IMG/VR virus record: IMGVR_UViG_3300010163_000018
Coordinates: 1-64,000 of that record
Reading direction: 5' to 3' (one strand)
Origin: a virus
Lineage: Duplodnaviria > Caudoviricetes
Length of the DNA: 64,000 nt
The notes beneath the pieces were generated by a model. That model was not told the origin of the DNA, made no database searches, and was given only the letters and a program-made list of their open reading frames with translations. Every line of letters begins with the position of its first letter. Positions within the stretch are counted from its first letter, which is position 1. Shown here in pieces: positions 8,689-18,172 of the stretch. Both the position numbers and the translations under genes were made by a program.

Positions 8689-9606
8689 ATGATGATCATT
8701 AATATCGGAAATGACCGTAAGGTCATTAAGAACGCTAAGAAATACATGACAAAATTAGGTGTGAGCTTCGACTCATCACACAGACACCACCTCACGATAT
8801 CGATCAATGATTCATGTGAATCCATCGATATCATCACTCCTGTAAATTTTGCCATGTCTGAAAAGACATTGGTGAAAGTTGCAAACCGCATCGACAGTAT
8901 TGGTTGGTGTGGCCGTCAAATCGCGAAAGCTCTTGTCGGTGCCATCAACGGCTTGTGTGAAGATGACATCTCGTCATTAAGAACTTTATGCTTCATCAAA
9001 CAGTATAAAGCATGCGATGTCATTTCATACTTTGTTGACTGGTTCTTCGCATTGATGGAGGCAAACAAGATCAGTATAAACAAGAACCATCTCGGTATTA
9101 AGAGCTGTAGGAACTTGTGGTTCTTATTGGGTGGGTATCGTGGTCTGAAAGCCACATTTACTACTGGTCTTCAGGAAGTGATAGATGAGCTGAGGCGTAT
9201 TAGAAATCTCGAAGAGAGATTCGATATCTCGGATATCATCACAATCGACAATCCTGATCTGATGTGTGGTGAGATCGCCACAGAGCTGAGTAAGCTAAAT
9301 CTCACACCCGTAAATCAGGTCGTCGAAAACCACCTTTGTCTGACATGCAGGCACTGCAAGACGGACAAATATGGTGACAGAATTTGTCGTGAGGGATACA
9401 TAAATATTCCCGAAGAATTGACAGTTGAAGAGGTGAATAAATTGTACCCTTCAGCTTCTACACTGAATTATGGAAAACTGCAGTCAAAGTACATATTCTT
9501 TACAATGGATGAATGTGATTATTACCATTCCCGTATTGGATGTCGTACGAAAAAACCTGAGAATGGTTCTGCGGTCCAATTCCAGGAACATGCATTACAG
9601 AAGTAA
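8689..9606 (+). CDS. Hypothetical early protein with C-terminal Cys cluster (CLTCRHC...C...C)
   Basis: AAGGAG RBS before ATG 8689. The ORF-track start at 8617 lies inside the promoter hairpin. No family recognised. Confidence 0.75.
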   Translation: MMIINIGNDRKVIKNAKKYMTKLGVSFDSSHRHHLTISINDSCESIDIITPVNFAMSEKTLVKVANRIDSIGWCGRQIAKALVGAINGLCEDDISSLRTLCFIKQYKACDVISYFVDWFFALMEANKISINKNHLGIKSCRNLWFLLGGYRGLKATFTTGLQEVIDELRRIRNLEERFDISDIITIDNPDLMCGEIATELSKLNLTPVNQVVENHLCLTCRHCKTDKYGDRICREGYINIPEELTVEEVNKLYPSASTLNYGKLQSKYIFFTMDECDYYHSRIGCRTKKPENGSAVQFQEHALQK

Positions 9607-9712
9607 GCATGGCCAATAATTTAAACATTAAAATGTGCAACGGACAAGTTGACGGTTTTGATGTGATGCCAGCGTTGGCAAGCTGGATGAAATGATTAAA
9701 AACGAAAGATAA

Positions 9713-9734
9713 TGAGGGGCGGACATGCCCCTCA
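9713..9734 (+). terminator. GGGGC-family hairpin terminator
   Basis: TGAGGGGC-GGACAT-GCCCCTCA followed by ATATTCTTTTTATTTTT. Confidence 0.75.
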
Positions 9735-9840
9735 ATATTCTTTTTATTTTTCTATGCTTCCATGATGATCCGGTTTATTTTTTATCTCTTAATATGTAGC
9801 CAAAACGATTTCTTAATAACTTATAGAAAGGGCTGATATA

Positions 9841-10035
9841 ATGGCACGTGATCCAAGAATGCCGGCAACATTTGATCTGCCTGATGGTGATTTTGTTGCA
9901 TTAATAACATGGGCATATGTTGTTGACAAGTTCGAAAAAATCCTTAACGGAGTTATTACCAACATGGATTTGATTAATAAAGATCTTGGTCGCATTGATA
10001 AGAAGATCGATCAATGGACTAATAAGGAGGAATAA
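9841..10035 (+). CDS. Hypothetical protein, 64 aa
   Basis: AGAAAGGG RBS. First gene of the tail-block operon, tightly coupled to the next ORF. Confidence 0.7.
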   Translation: MARDPRMPATFDLPDGDFVALITWAYVVDKFEKILNGVITNMDLINKDLGRIDKKIDQWTNKEE

Positions 10036-10038
10036 ATT

Positions 10039-10449
10039 ATGGCGGATATGGAGGAAGTATTTGTCAAATTAAATACAATCATAAAGGAACAGCAAGCCGT
10101 CATTCATTCAATTGCTGAAAAGCTTGAGAGGCTTGAATCAATCGGCGGTGGTGGAACGGCATCCATCGAGGACTACATGTCTGGGAAGAAATACAAGAGA
10201 AATGTCCTCGTTGTTGATACTGCAACCGAAACTGTATATCGTGTTCTTGATGAATATGTTTCAGAAACGGTTGAGAAGGATTGTGAACTCGGTAAACTCA
10301 AGTTAGTTGGCTTCGAATCACAGATCGTTTCTATCTCACACGATCCTACACAAGCAGATATCGATACATTTCCTGATGATGCTGTTGTTGCCGTTTACTC
10401 AACAACAGACGCTCCGTATGTTCCCGAGGACAGCGGATATGACATATGA
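10039..10449 (+). CDS. Hypothetical protein (probable virion component), 136 aa
   Basis: AAGGAGG RBS. N-terminal coiled-coil-like segment followed by a GGGG linker. Lies in the tail gene context. Confidence 0.75.
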   Translation: MADMEEVFVKLNTIIKEQQAVIHSIAEKLERLESIGGGGTASIEDYMSGKKYKRNVLVVDTATETVYRVLDEYVSETVEKDCELGKLKLVGFESQIVSISHDPTQADIDTFPDDAVVAVYSTTDAPYVPEDSGYDI

Positions 10450-10479
10450 TTTTATTTTTTGTAGAAAGCGGGTGATATA

Positions 10480-13400
10480 ATGGCCGAACTTTTAGGATAT
10501 CACAATAGTCTATGGAAACCCATAATGGAATTTACACACAAGGGTGAACCGGAAGAGTTTACGTTACAACCGGGGAAATATCTTCTCGTATGTAGTGGGG
10601 CCAAAGGGGGTTCTTCATATAGATACTCTAACATGAAGAGCTATGGCGGTGTATCATATGGTATCCTTAATCTTAAGGAACCCTCTGCATTCTATGCCGT
10701 TGTCGGTGGCGATGGTGAGGACTATACCCCCAAGAACACGTCAACATCTGCTAAAGGTGGATACAACGGTGGTGGAGATGGTGGTTTAGGTTATGCTGGA
10801 TATGAGAACGGTCCCGGTGGTGGAGGTGCATCAGATATCCGTTTAACATTGAATGATGAGATCGTATATCCATCAGGAACCGCGAGATTACCAGATGAAT
10901 ATCAGGAAGTTGAATACATTGAATGTGACTATGGTTCATATATTAATACTGGATATATTCACAAATCCAATACGACGGTGGAATGGATCGGTGAAGCAGT
11001 AACCCAATTAAAGACTACCGAAATACTATTCGGGTCCAGAAAAAGTTATGGTTATAATCAACTATGGTTCCAATCAACAAATGGATCTACTAATTCCGCA
11101 GCATATGGTTGTGGCACCACAGATGAACACATTAACAATTTTCCATTCAATAAGAAAGTTAAAATAGTCGCTAATGGGTCCACATGTAGTTGGTATGTCG
11201 GAGATAATCTCGATGAATTTGGTTCATCAATCACAGTAAACAGTTCTATGCAGGATGGTGTATGTCCATTATTCCTTTTCAGTATGGCAGATAATTCGAC
11301 AGTACCAAACAGCAAATACAATGCCGCGGGTAAACTATACTCATTCAAGATATTCGAAGACGGCGAACTTGTTCATGATTTTGTTCCATGTTATACACAG
11401 GCGAATCCTGAAGTTGTGGGATTATACGACATCTTTGCAAACGAGTTTGTTGAAGCCTCAGGAAAATTTAACATAAAGAAATTCCCCACCAAATCATTAT
11501 TATCAAGGATAATAGTTGCCGGAGGAGGAGGAGGATTTCAATCTACCGATTATATCAATTATTCAGCAAATGGTGGTGGTGCATTTGGTGGTTGCATAAT
11601 ATCTGGATCAAAGGACCCAAACAATTATAAATATCCAACACAGACAGATGGCTATTCTTTTGGACAAGGAATGACTCCCAATAAAAAGACCAACAAACCA
11701 AACTATGGTGCCGAAGGTGCCGGTGGAGGTGGTGGAGGATGGTTTGGTGGATATTCATCCGGATCTGATAATTGTGAATATTCATCATGCAATGGTGGTG
11801 GCGGATCAGGATACGTATATACTGAAGCTTCATATAAACCATATGAAGGAACAGATATAATCAGTCCTGATTATTATCTGACTGATACCACATTGACATG
11901 TGGTCAATCAGTTGAGTCATCTATTAAGATATATATCAGAACAATTGCTCCCAATGTAGGAGACACAATAGAATTCCCAAACGTATGCAGAACTGAAGAA
12001 ATCGGTCTATTTTCAGGAACATATGAAATTGAGTGTTACGGCGGCGACGGGGGTATACGATCAGACATAAACAGAGCCGCTCGTGGGGGTTACGTTAGAG
12101 GAACATTAAACAATACCAAATACCGTAAAATATTTGTCACCGTAGGTGGTAGTGGTATTTCCGGTGGTATTAGTCCACCGTTCCCCGATAACTACAATCC
12201 TTCAATGTCATTCAATGGAGGCGGAAACCCTGGTGTCATGAATGATTATCGTTCATGTGCCGGTGGTGGTGCATCTGATGTTCGTTTGGATGTAAATGAT
12301 CTCTATCACCGGATCATTGTTGCTGGCGGTGGAGGAGCCCAAGGATCATCGTCTGACTACGGTGGTGCTGGTGGTGGAGAAACTGGAGAAGCTGCAACAG
12401 GTCGTTATGGAACAACGCCAGGACCAGGAACCCAATCAGGAACACCACAGAATACGACATACCCAACAGTGAATGGATCGTTTGGAAAAGGTGGTAATGG
12501 TGTTTGTGCAAGTGGTGGATTCGGTGGTGCTGGCGGTGGAGGATGGTTTGGTGGTTCAGGAACATATCCAGATGGTAGCGGTGATGATGATCGCGGCGGT
12601 TGTGGAGGATCTGGATACGTGTATAATGAATTATCATATAAACCCGACGAATACGAAATTAATGATCCGGCAGATTATCTAAGTGATACATATATGCTAA
12701 CAGGTGGTAATTCATTACCACAAGGAATGAGTAAAATCGTGATAACATGTAATGACATACAATCAATACGATTCTTAGCATATGACAATGAAGGATATAA
12801 ATTCTTCAATAATGAGACTAATTCATGGGAATATTTTTATGCTACCGAATTAACCCCTGAGATTTTCGAAGAGTATGGAGCTCTCAATGCTACAACCGAT
12901 CAAGGTTTGTTAAATGAATATACTATATATGCATATAACGACATTAATTACACGGATAAAATCTCTATCTATGTATCACCATATAAACAACTGAGAATCA
13001 AGGCATACACTGGCACAAATATGATGGCTGATAAGTTATCTATTGATGCTGATTACAATGAAGATTTGTGTCAGATTAATACTATCGGACGTCGTGTCGG
13101 TACAGGTGATGATGCAAAATTAATGATTGACATGTATGTCAATAATAAACCTCGGGGTGAAATTATTGATATATACTGCGTACACACACTATCAGTGACG
13201 AGATCAGTATCAAAGGCAAACAGATATATCAAACCTGTTGACCCAAATCATAAGTACGAACCAGAATCTGGATCAGGCGTATTAAGTTATGAATCCGGGA
13301 TTGACTACAGCACAGGATCTCGTGTTATGGATCCAGACACAGGAAGAGAATATGACGTTATTGCATCATATACATCCAAGTCTATAAAAGAAGACTTACG

Positions 13401-14718
13401 GGAAAATTATATCAAACCAAAGAAAAAGTATTTGTTGAAGGTTGGTAGTAGCTCTGACAAACAGCTCTCATATAGAAATTTCTTAGGTACTTATGGTGAT
13501 GAAACTATTGATACGATCTATTGCAGGTTGTCTGCTATTAATCGGAGAACGTTGTACCTGTTAATGGATTGCGTTTCGAGTAGTGGAACCAAATTTGTTC
13601 GTATCAAAGCGGTTAATATGATTACATCAAAGACGCGTTTGATCGCTGACCTTCCATGGGATTCATTAGGTAGTGATTATCATGGAGGATTTCTGGTTGA
13701 TGACAACTATGGGTATGTATCGCATAGTGAGCAAGTCGGTAGTAGTAATGGATATCGAAGGATATTCAGATTTTCATTAACCAATCCGGCAGATATAAAA
13801 TTATTCCAATTTGCCGTCAATGAACGGCGATACAGGTTTGAATCATTCGGCAAGATGGTATGGAAAGACAAGAACACTATTATGTTGGACACATACAATG
13901 GATGTGTTGAATTCAACACAATAACCCGTCTTTTTACCGAGCACTATTATTCGACGAAGAGTAATAACCGAAGGGATTTCTGTGTTGGAAAAAGATACTT
14001 CATCTCCAATATAAATGCTAATTCAACGTCGTCATATGTTTATGACATGATTGATGATCTATGGTATGACCTTGCAAATACATTTTTTACCCTACCTGTC
14101 AACGCCCCATCAGCAACTACATACGATGATGACAACAGTCAATTCATATTCGTGCAGACAGGATACATTACATTTGTAGATGAAGAAACTATGACAATAG
14201 TCAAATCGGTACCAACGTCTTGGGGCGTTCCAAAAAGTGTTCATTACACAAATGGATATGTCTTTATAACGATTAATGATTCCCCATTGATGTGGATATT
14301 TGATATTAAGAATAACAGATTTGATGGTTTCTATCTGGATTGGTCTATGGGCGGATTAAGTGAAACCACAATAACAAGACCTTCAGTATTTAAAGGATAC
14401 TTCTTCCAACCATATTGGACACTTTTGGTTTTTACATTCCAAGGAGCAGCTAAATATAACTTTGGTGGAAAGTACAGCCAATACCAGATACTGTACAACA
14501 AAGCCAGTATTACCAATCTTTCGTATGATGAAAACTTTGTTACTGTATATGACGACTTTGTTGAAGTTCATGACGGAAGCATCCAAAAGGAAACAGTTGA
14601 GGATTCTGTTGGTGATGGATATCAAATAACTCATGCGTCGTTTAACAAAAATGAATATTCAGAGTTCATCAATTTGAGGGCAAACACGGTCCCAATAGAT
14701 GAACCTGTGGTAGAATAA
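10480..14718 (+). CDS. Tail fibre/receptor-binding protein: two glycine-rich domains, an inserted concanavalin A-like domain and a C-terminal beta-rich region
   Basis: Repeated GGxGG/GGGGGGWFGG motifs in two copies (GAKGG...GGGGASDIRL...RIIVAGGGG and GGDGG...GGGASDVRL...RIIVAGGGG). YQEVEYIE...YINTG...KLYSFKI...LVHDFVP is the lectin-like module common in phage tail proteins. Confidence 0.7.
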   Translation: MAELLGYHNSLWKPIMEFTHKGEPEEFTLQPGKYLLVCSGAKGGSSYRYSNMKSYGGVSYGILNLKEPSAFYAVVGGDGEDYTPKNTSTSAKGGYNGGGDGGLGYAGYENGPGGGGASDIRLTLNDEIVYPSGTARLPDEYQEVEYIECDYGSYINTGYIHKSNTTVEWIGEAVTQLKTTEILFGSRKSYGYNQLWFQSTNGSTNSAAYGCGTTDEHINNFPFNKKVKIVANGSTCSWYVGDNLDEFGSSITVNSSMQDGVCPLFLFSMADNSTVPNSKYNAAGKLYSFKIFEDGELVHDFVPCYTQANPEVVGLYDIFANEFVEASGKFNIKKFPTKSLLSRIIVAGGGGGFQSTDYINYSANGGGAFGGCIISGSKDPNNYKYPTQTDGYSFGQGMTPNKKTNKPNYGAEGAGGGGGGWFGGYSSGSDNCEYSSCNGGGGSGYVYTEASYKPYEGTDIISPDYYLTDTTLTCGQSVESSIKIYIRTIAPNVGDTIEFPNVCRTEEIGLFSGTYEIECYGGDGGIRSDINRAARGGYVRGTLNNTKYRKIFVTVGGSGISGGISPPFPDNYNPSMSFNGGGNPGVMNDYRSCAGGGASDVRLDVNDLYHRIIVAGGGGAQGSSSDYGGAGGGETGEAATGRYGTTPGPGTQSGTPQNTTYPTVNGSFGKGGNGVCASGGFGGAGGGGWFGGSGTYPDGSGDDDRGGCGGSGYVYNELSYKPDEYEINDPADYLSDTYMLTGGNSLPQGMSKIVITCNDIQSIRFLAYDNEGYKFFNNETNSWEYFYATELTPEIFEEYGALNATTDQGLLNEYTIYAYNDINYTDKISIYVSPYKQLRIKAYTGTNMMADKLSIDADYNEDLCQINTIGRRVGTGDDAKLMIDMYVNNKPRGEIIDIYCVHTLSVTRSVSKANRYIKPVDPNHKYEPESGSGVLSYESGIDYSTGSRVMDPDTGREYDVIASYTSKSIKEDLRENYIKPKKKYLLKVGSSSDKQLSYRNFLGTYGDETIDTIYCRLSAINRRTLYLLMDCVSSSGTKFVRIKAVNMITSKTRLIADLPWDSLGSDYHGGFLVDDNYGYVSHSEQVGSSNGYRRIFRFSLTNPADIKLFQFAVNERRYRFESFGKMVWKDKNTIMLDTYNGCVEFNTITRLFTEHYYSTKSNNRRDFCVGKRYFISNINANSTSSYVYDMIDDLWYDLANTFFTLPVNAPSATTYDDDNSQFIFVQTGYITFVDEETMTIVKSVPTSWGVPKSVHYTNGYVFITINDSPLMWIFDIKNNRFDGFYLDWSMGGLSETTITRPSVFKGYFFQPYWTLLVFTFQGAAKYNFGGKYSQYQILYNKASITNLSYDENFVTVYDDFVEVHDGSIQKETVEDSVGDGYQITHASFNKNEYSEFINLRANTVPIDEPVVE

Positions 14719-14741
14719 TAACAGAAAGGAGTGATGCTATA

Positions 14742-17588
14742 ATGGATATAATTGAATCACGTCCACGTGATGAAGTGCTTGACCGTGCAATCGAGTTTGC
14801 TCGTAAATTAAGACCCAATAGTGGGTTTTCAAATTTGTATGTTGCTCGAAGAATCGATCGGAATGGTAATGTCATTGATGAAAAGTATGGAATGAATCTC
14901 ATGACTGACTATGGCATGAAGCAATTCTTTACATTGGAACAAAACTTTCCGACAAGCTTTTATGTTGGAAATGGAACAACAACATTCACCGTTGAGACAA
15001 ATGTTATGGCTGGAAAGATTCCGGGTCTAACCCAGGCAGCAATAAATTCAGACACCAACAAGTATTATGGTTATCCAACATATTTCGCATCGGCGGATAG
15101 CCTGTCAGGTGATACGGGTCTCATAACATGTGTGATGAAATACTTATCATGTTATTATGATTACAATATAAGCGGTCTATCTAATCCTGTATCAATAACC
15201 GAATATGGTATTGGTGGTAGCAGTGACGGTGATATTGATAAATTGTGGACTCATTCATGGGTATATGATTCAAAAGGTAAGAAGACATATATAACCAAGA
15301 ACGTCAACGAACGTCTTGTGTTCGATGTCTATTTATGTATGTCATATTATGAATCATTGATTCTTTCGGGATACCAAAACCAAGATGAAATCACAAAGAA
15401 ATGGACGAACAAAGATTACACAAAAGATGATTCTCGTTTCACTGTGATAACAACAATGCATCAATTCATGAATAGAATGTTGGAAAATGAGATGGGTACA
15501 TTCAAACGTAACAATGTACGTTATAACAGAGGCCGTGCCGCGAAGTCTTATTCTGCATTCGCGAATAATAGAATATACAACGTTGATACAATGAATACAT
15601 TTACAATGTATGCTGAAGATTCTTCCAATAGTGGCGCTGTAAACTACTCAGGATATATCGACGGATTCTATCAAATGCATACAGGATTCCTGACACTTGA
15701 AAGACAACATATCGATCCTCCCGAGAATATCGATATCACTGTTAGATCACAACAAGCATGGGAATTTGATGGTATATCACGACAGTTCGGTTCCAATTAT
15801 AATGTCCCAGTAACTCAATTGGACGCAACAAGTGTTTGTATGTTCGATCATAAGAGTACCGAAACGGATAAAGATAAAAGATGGGGTGTTCCTGTTGCAT
15901 ATCATAATGACAAGAACCACTGGTATACCGAAACATCTATGACCACAACATTTGCCGTTCCTATTTACTATACAAACAACGATACCATTTCCACGTTATA
16001 TTTGTACCAAAACATGAGACCGGACGATCCGATTGAAAAGATTGATATTGCGACCAGTACCATCTATGCAACAAACCGATACTGGAATGCCCGGTTTATA
16101 TCAGACACATCCGTTGACGATCCCGATAACTATTGGATTCTGATAACTGATCCGTCTAACATACCCGAGAAATGTAAGACTGCTCGATATTGGATTACTA
16201 ATACAAAAGATGTTAGCATGACAATATATCGTAGATCCGATGTATTCTATCTACGGAGCAATACATCTGCATATGAAGGTAATGAAATACAGACTATCAA
16301 TGAATTTCCAAAGGTAATTGGTTCTGAAAAAATATGTGACAACTATGAATATGGATGGTACATGAGAGGCAATAAAGTATATATCCCAGACCGTCATTCG
16401 ATGATGACAGTTGGTTCTTCGACCGGAACAGATACTGATACTATGACATATAGAAAATGGTTGGTTACGTTTAATTCAAACTCATCAGCAGATTTGTATT
16501 ATGCTGATATGAGTAATGTTAAAACAGCTGCCAACCCCACGGTTAATACTTTCAAAGTACCATTCACGGATACATCTGTAAATATCATGAACCAGTGTTA
16601 TCGTACAGAATCTGATACTGGTTTGATATGTTTACAAAGTATCAAGAGTGGATGTAACGAAGCAGTTATCATCGATCTAAGAAATGACACGTGGGTTACT
16701 GACCCCAAGAAAATATCTGATTCAAGGATCGCAACATGTATTTGGGGTACTAACAAGATTGCTTATATAAAGAGCACACCAGAAGAAACCCCATGCATTC
16801 ATGTATTTGATATGGAAACCGAATCCGAAGAAGTAATTACTGTTTCATATGACGGTGAAGAAGGTTTGACAGATATTTCCACTATATCATTCATGTATGG
16901 TAGTAGAAATAAGATATGGATAACCGATGGTAGTAAATATGCATATGCAATAGACATTACATCTACAGACAAGAAGGCTAAAGGTTTCGATAATGCTATT
17001 CTGATATCTTATGGAAATCTTTACAAATACAAGATTACGATTGTGGATGATGTGTTCATCATATATAATCCAACGTCTACGGATATTGGTACTGCGATGT
17101 ATATTTGTTATGATAACCCAACGCATGTATTCTCATTTGACAATACAGGCATTGACTATAATCCTACCAATAACATGTCTACCCCTACGACAATGACATT
17201 ACGGTATTTAAATCGTGATGGTGTGAATAATCGTGGTGCATTGATGTTGTTAATCAACAGAGGAGATAGCTCCTCATCATACGATATGCATTGTCAACTG
17301 TATGACTTCGGACAGTACTTATTTGATGAAACAGTGACCCGATATAACACCAGTCAAAGAAATATGTCAACATTGTCACCATATGGCGAATATATGGTTC
17401 TTAACTGCAAAACTATATCACCGGCTGTCAACCTTATGCCGGTTCGTATTAAAGGAACCACAAATACTATCACAACCCTTAATCACATCAAAAACGTATC
17501 CAATAAACAATTCACAATTGAATACACAAACCTTCCGCAGTTTGGTAATTCTGAAAATAATGGTTTACCACCTGGGGTTAGGAATTAA
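14742..17588 (+). CDS. Large tail/baseplate-associated protein, paralog 1 (948 aa)
   Basis: The N-domain GMNLMTDYG...YVGNG...ITEYGIG...ITKNVNERL resembles tail-collar/fibre anchor (DUF3751-like) domains. Homologous to 18173 and 21785. Confidence 0.6.
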   Translation: MDIIESRPRDEVLDRAIEFARKLRPNSGFSNLYVARRIDRNGNVIDEKYGMNLMTDYGMKQFFTLEQNFPTSFYVGNGTTTFTVETNVMAGKIPGLTQAAINSDTNKYYGYPTYFASADSLSGDTGLITCVMKYLSCYYDYNISGLSNPVSITEYGIGGSSDGDIDKLWTHSWVYDSKGKKTYITKNVNERLVFDVYLCMSYYESLILSGYQNQDEITKKWTNKDYTKDDSRFTVITTMHQFMNRMLENEMGTFKRNNVRYNRGRAAKSYSAFANNRIYNVDTMNTFTMYAEDSSNSGAVNYSGYIDGFYQMHTGFLTLERQHIDPPENIDITVRSQQAWEFDGISRQFGSNYNVPVTQLDATSVCMFDHKSTETDKDKRWGVPVAYHNDKNHWYTETSMTTTFAVPIYYTNNDTISTLYLYQNMRPDDPIEKIDIATSTIYATNRYWNARFISDTSVDDPDNYWILITDPSNIPEKCKTARYWITNTKDVSMTIYRRSDVFYLRSNTSAYEGNEIQTINEFPKVIGSEKICDNYEYGWYMRGNKVYIPDRHSMMTVGSSTGTDTDTMTYRKWLVTFNSNSSADLYYADMSNVKTAANPTVNTFKVPFTDTSVNIMNQCYRTESDTGLICLQSIKSGCNEAVIIDLRNDTWVTDPKKISDSRIATCIWGTNKIAYIKSTPEETPCIHVFDMETESEEVITVSYDGEEGLTDISTISFMYGSRNKIWITDGSKYAYAIDITSTDKKAKGFDNAILISYGNLYKYKITIVDDVFIIYNPTSTDIGTAMYICYDNPTHVFSFDNTGIDYNPTNNMSTPTTMTLRYLNRDGVNNRGALMLLINRGDSSSSYDMHCQLYDFGQYLFDETVTRYNTSQRNMSTLSPYGEYMVLNCKTISPAVNLMPVRIKGTTNTITTLNHIKNVSNKQFTIEYTNLPQFGNSENNGLPPGVRN

Positions 17589-17611
17589 CAACATTGTGGT
17601 GGTGATTTATT

Positions 17612-18157
17612 ATGGCAAATATTTTCCGTAGTAAGGAGATATATAAAAAGATAAAAACAAATACATCCGAACAAGACATTGTCTCAATAAGAGGCATGTA
17701 TGTGGTGGGGGACTATAGTCCCCCATATTACATACAACCAATGATGGTATTGACAAATGTCGAAACGAATAAGGCAAAGATAGCTGATTATGTTGATCAA
17801 CGTGAAATAATCAATCCTGGTGATTCTTGCCATGGTTTACTTGATATTGATATAATAGGTGATTTAACAATTGCCCGTTATACCAAAGAATATGCACCAA
17901 CAATTCAATCTGACAACTCATGTCATGGATTATTAGACCTTGATCTCATTGGTGAATTGTCAGTTTATAAGTATGGAAAAGACTACCCTCCAAATACATA
18001 CCCAAATGATTCTTTACACGGGTTATTGGATTTAGACATAGAAGGACATGTGGAATTTATTAAATATGAGAACAGACTCAATCCCCAAAAAAATCCCTGC
18101 ATAAGAATTACTCGTTGTCAAACAACTAAGGCGTTAATAACGAATCAAAATAAATAA
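17612..18157 (+). CDS. Small repeat protein A (three ~30-aa HGLLDLD repeats)
   Basis: Starts MANIFRSKEIYKK and contains RG.YVVGDYSP, both shared with 21216. Has three SCHGLLD(I/L)D(I/L)-like units. Confidence 0.7.
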   Translation: MANIFRSKEIYKKIKTNTSEQDIVSIRGMYVVGDYSPPYYIQPMMVLTNVETNKAKIADYVDQREIINPGDSCHGLLDIDIIGDLTIARYTKEYAPTIQSDNSCHGLLDLDLIGELSVYKYGKDYPPNTYPNDSLHGLLDLDIEGHVEFIKYENRLNPQKNPCIRITRCQTTKALITNQNK

Positions 18158-18172
18158 AAGGAGGTAATATTA

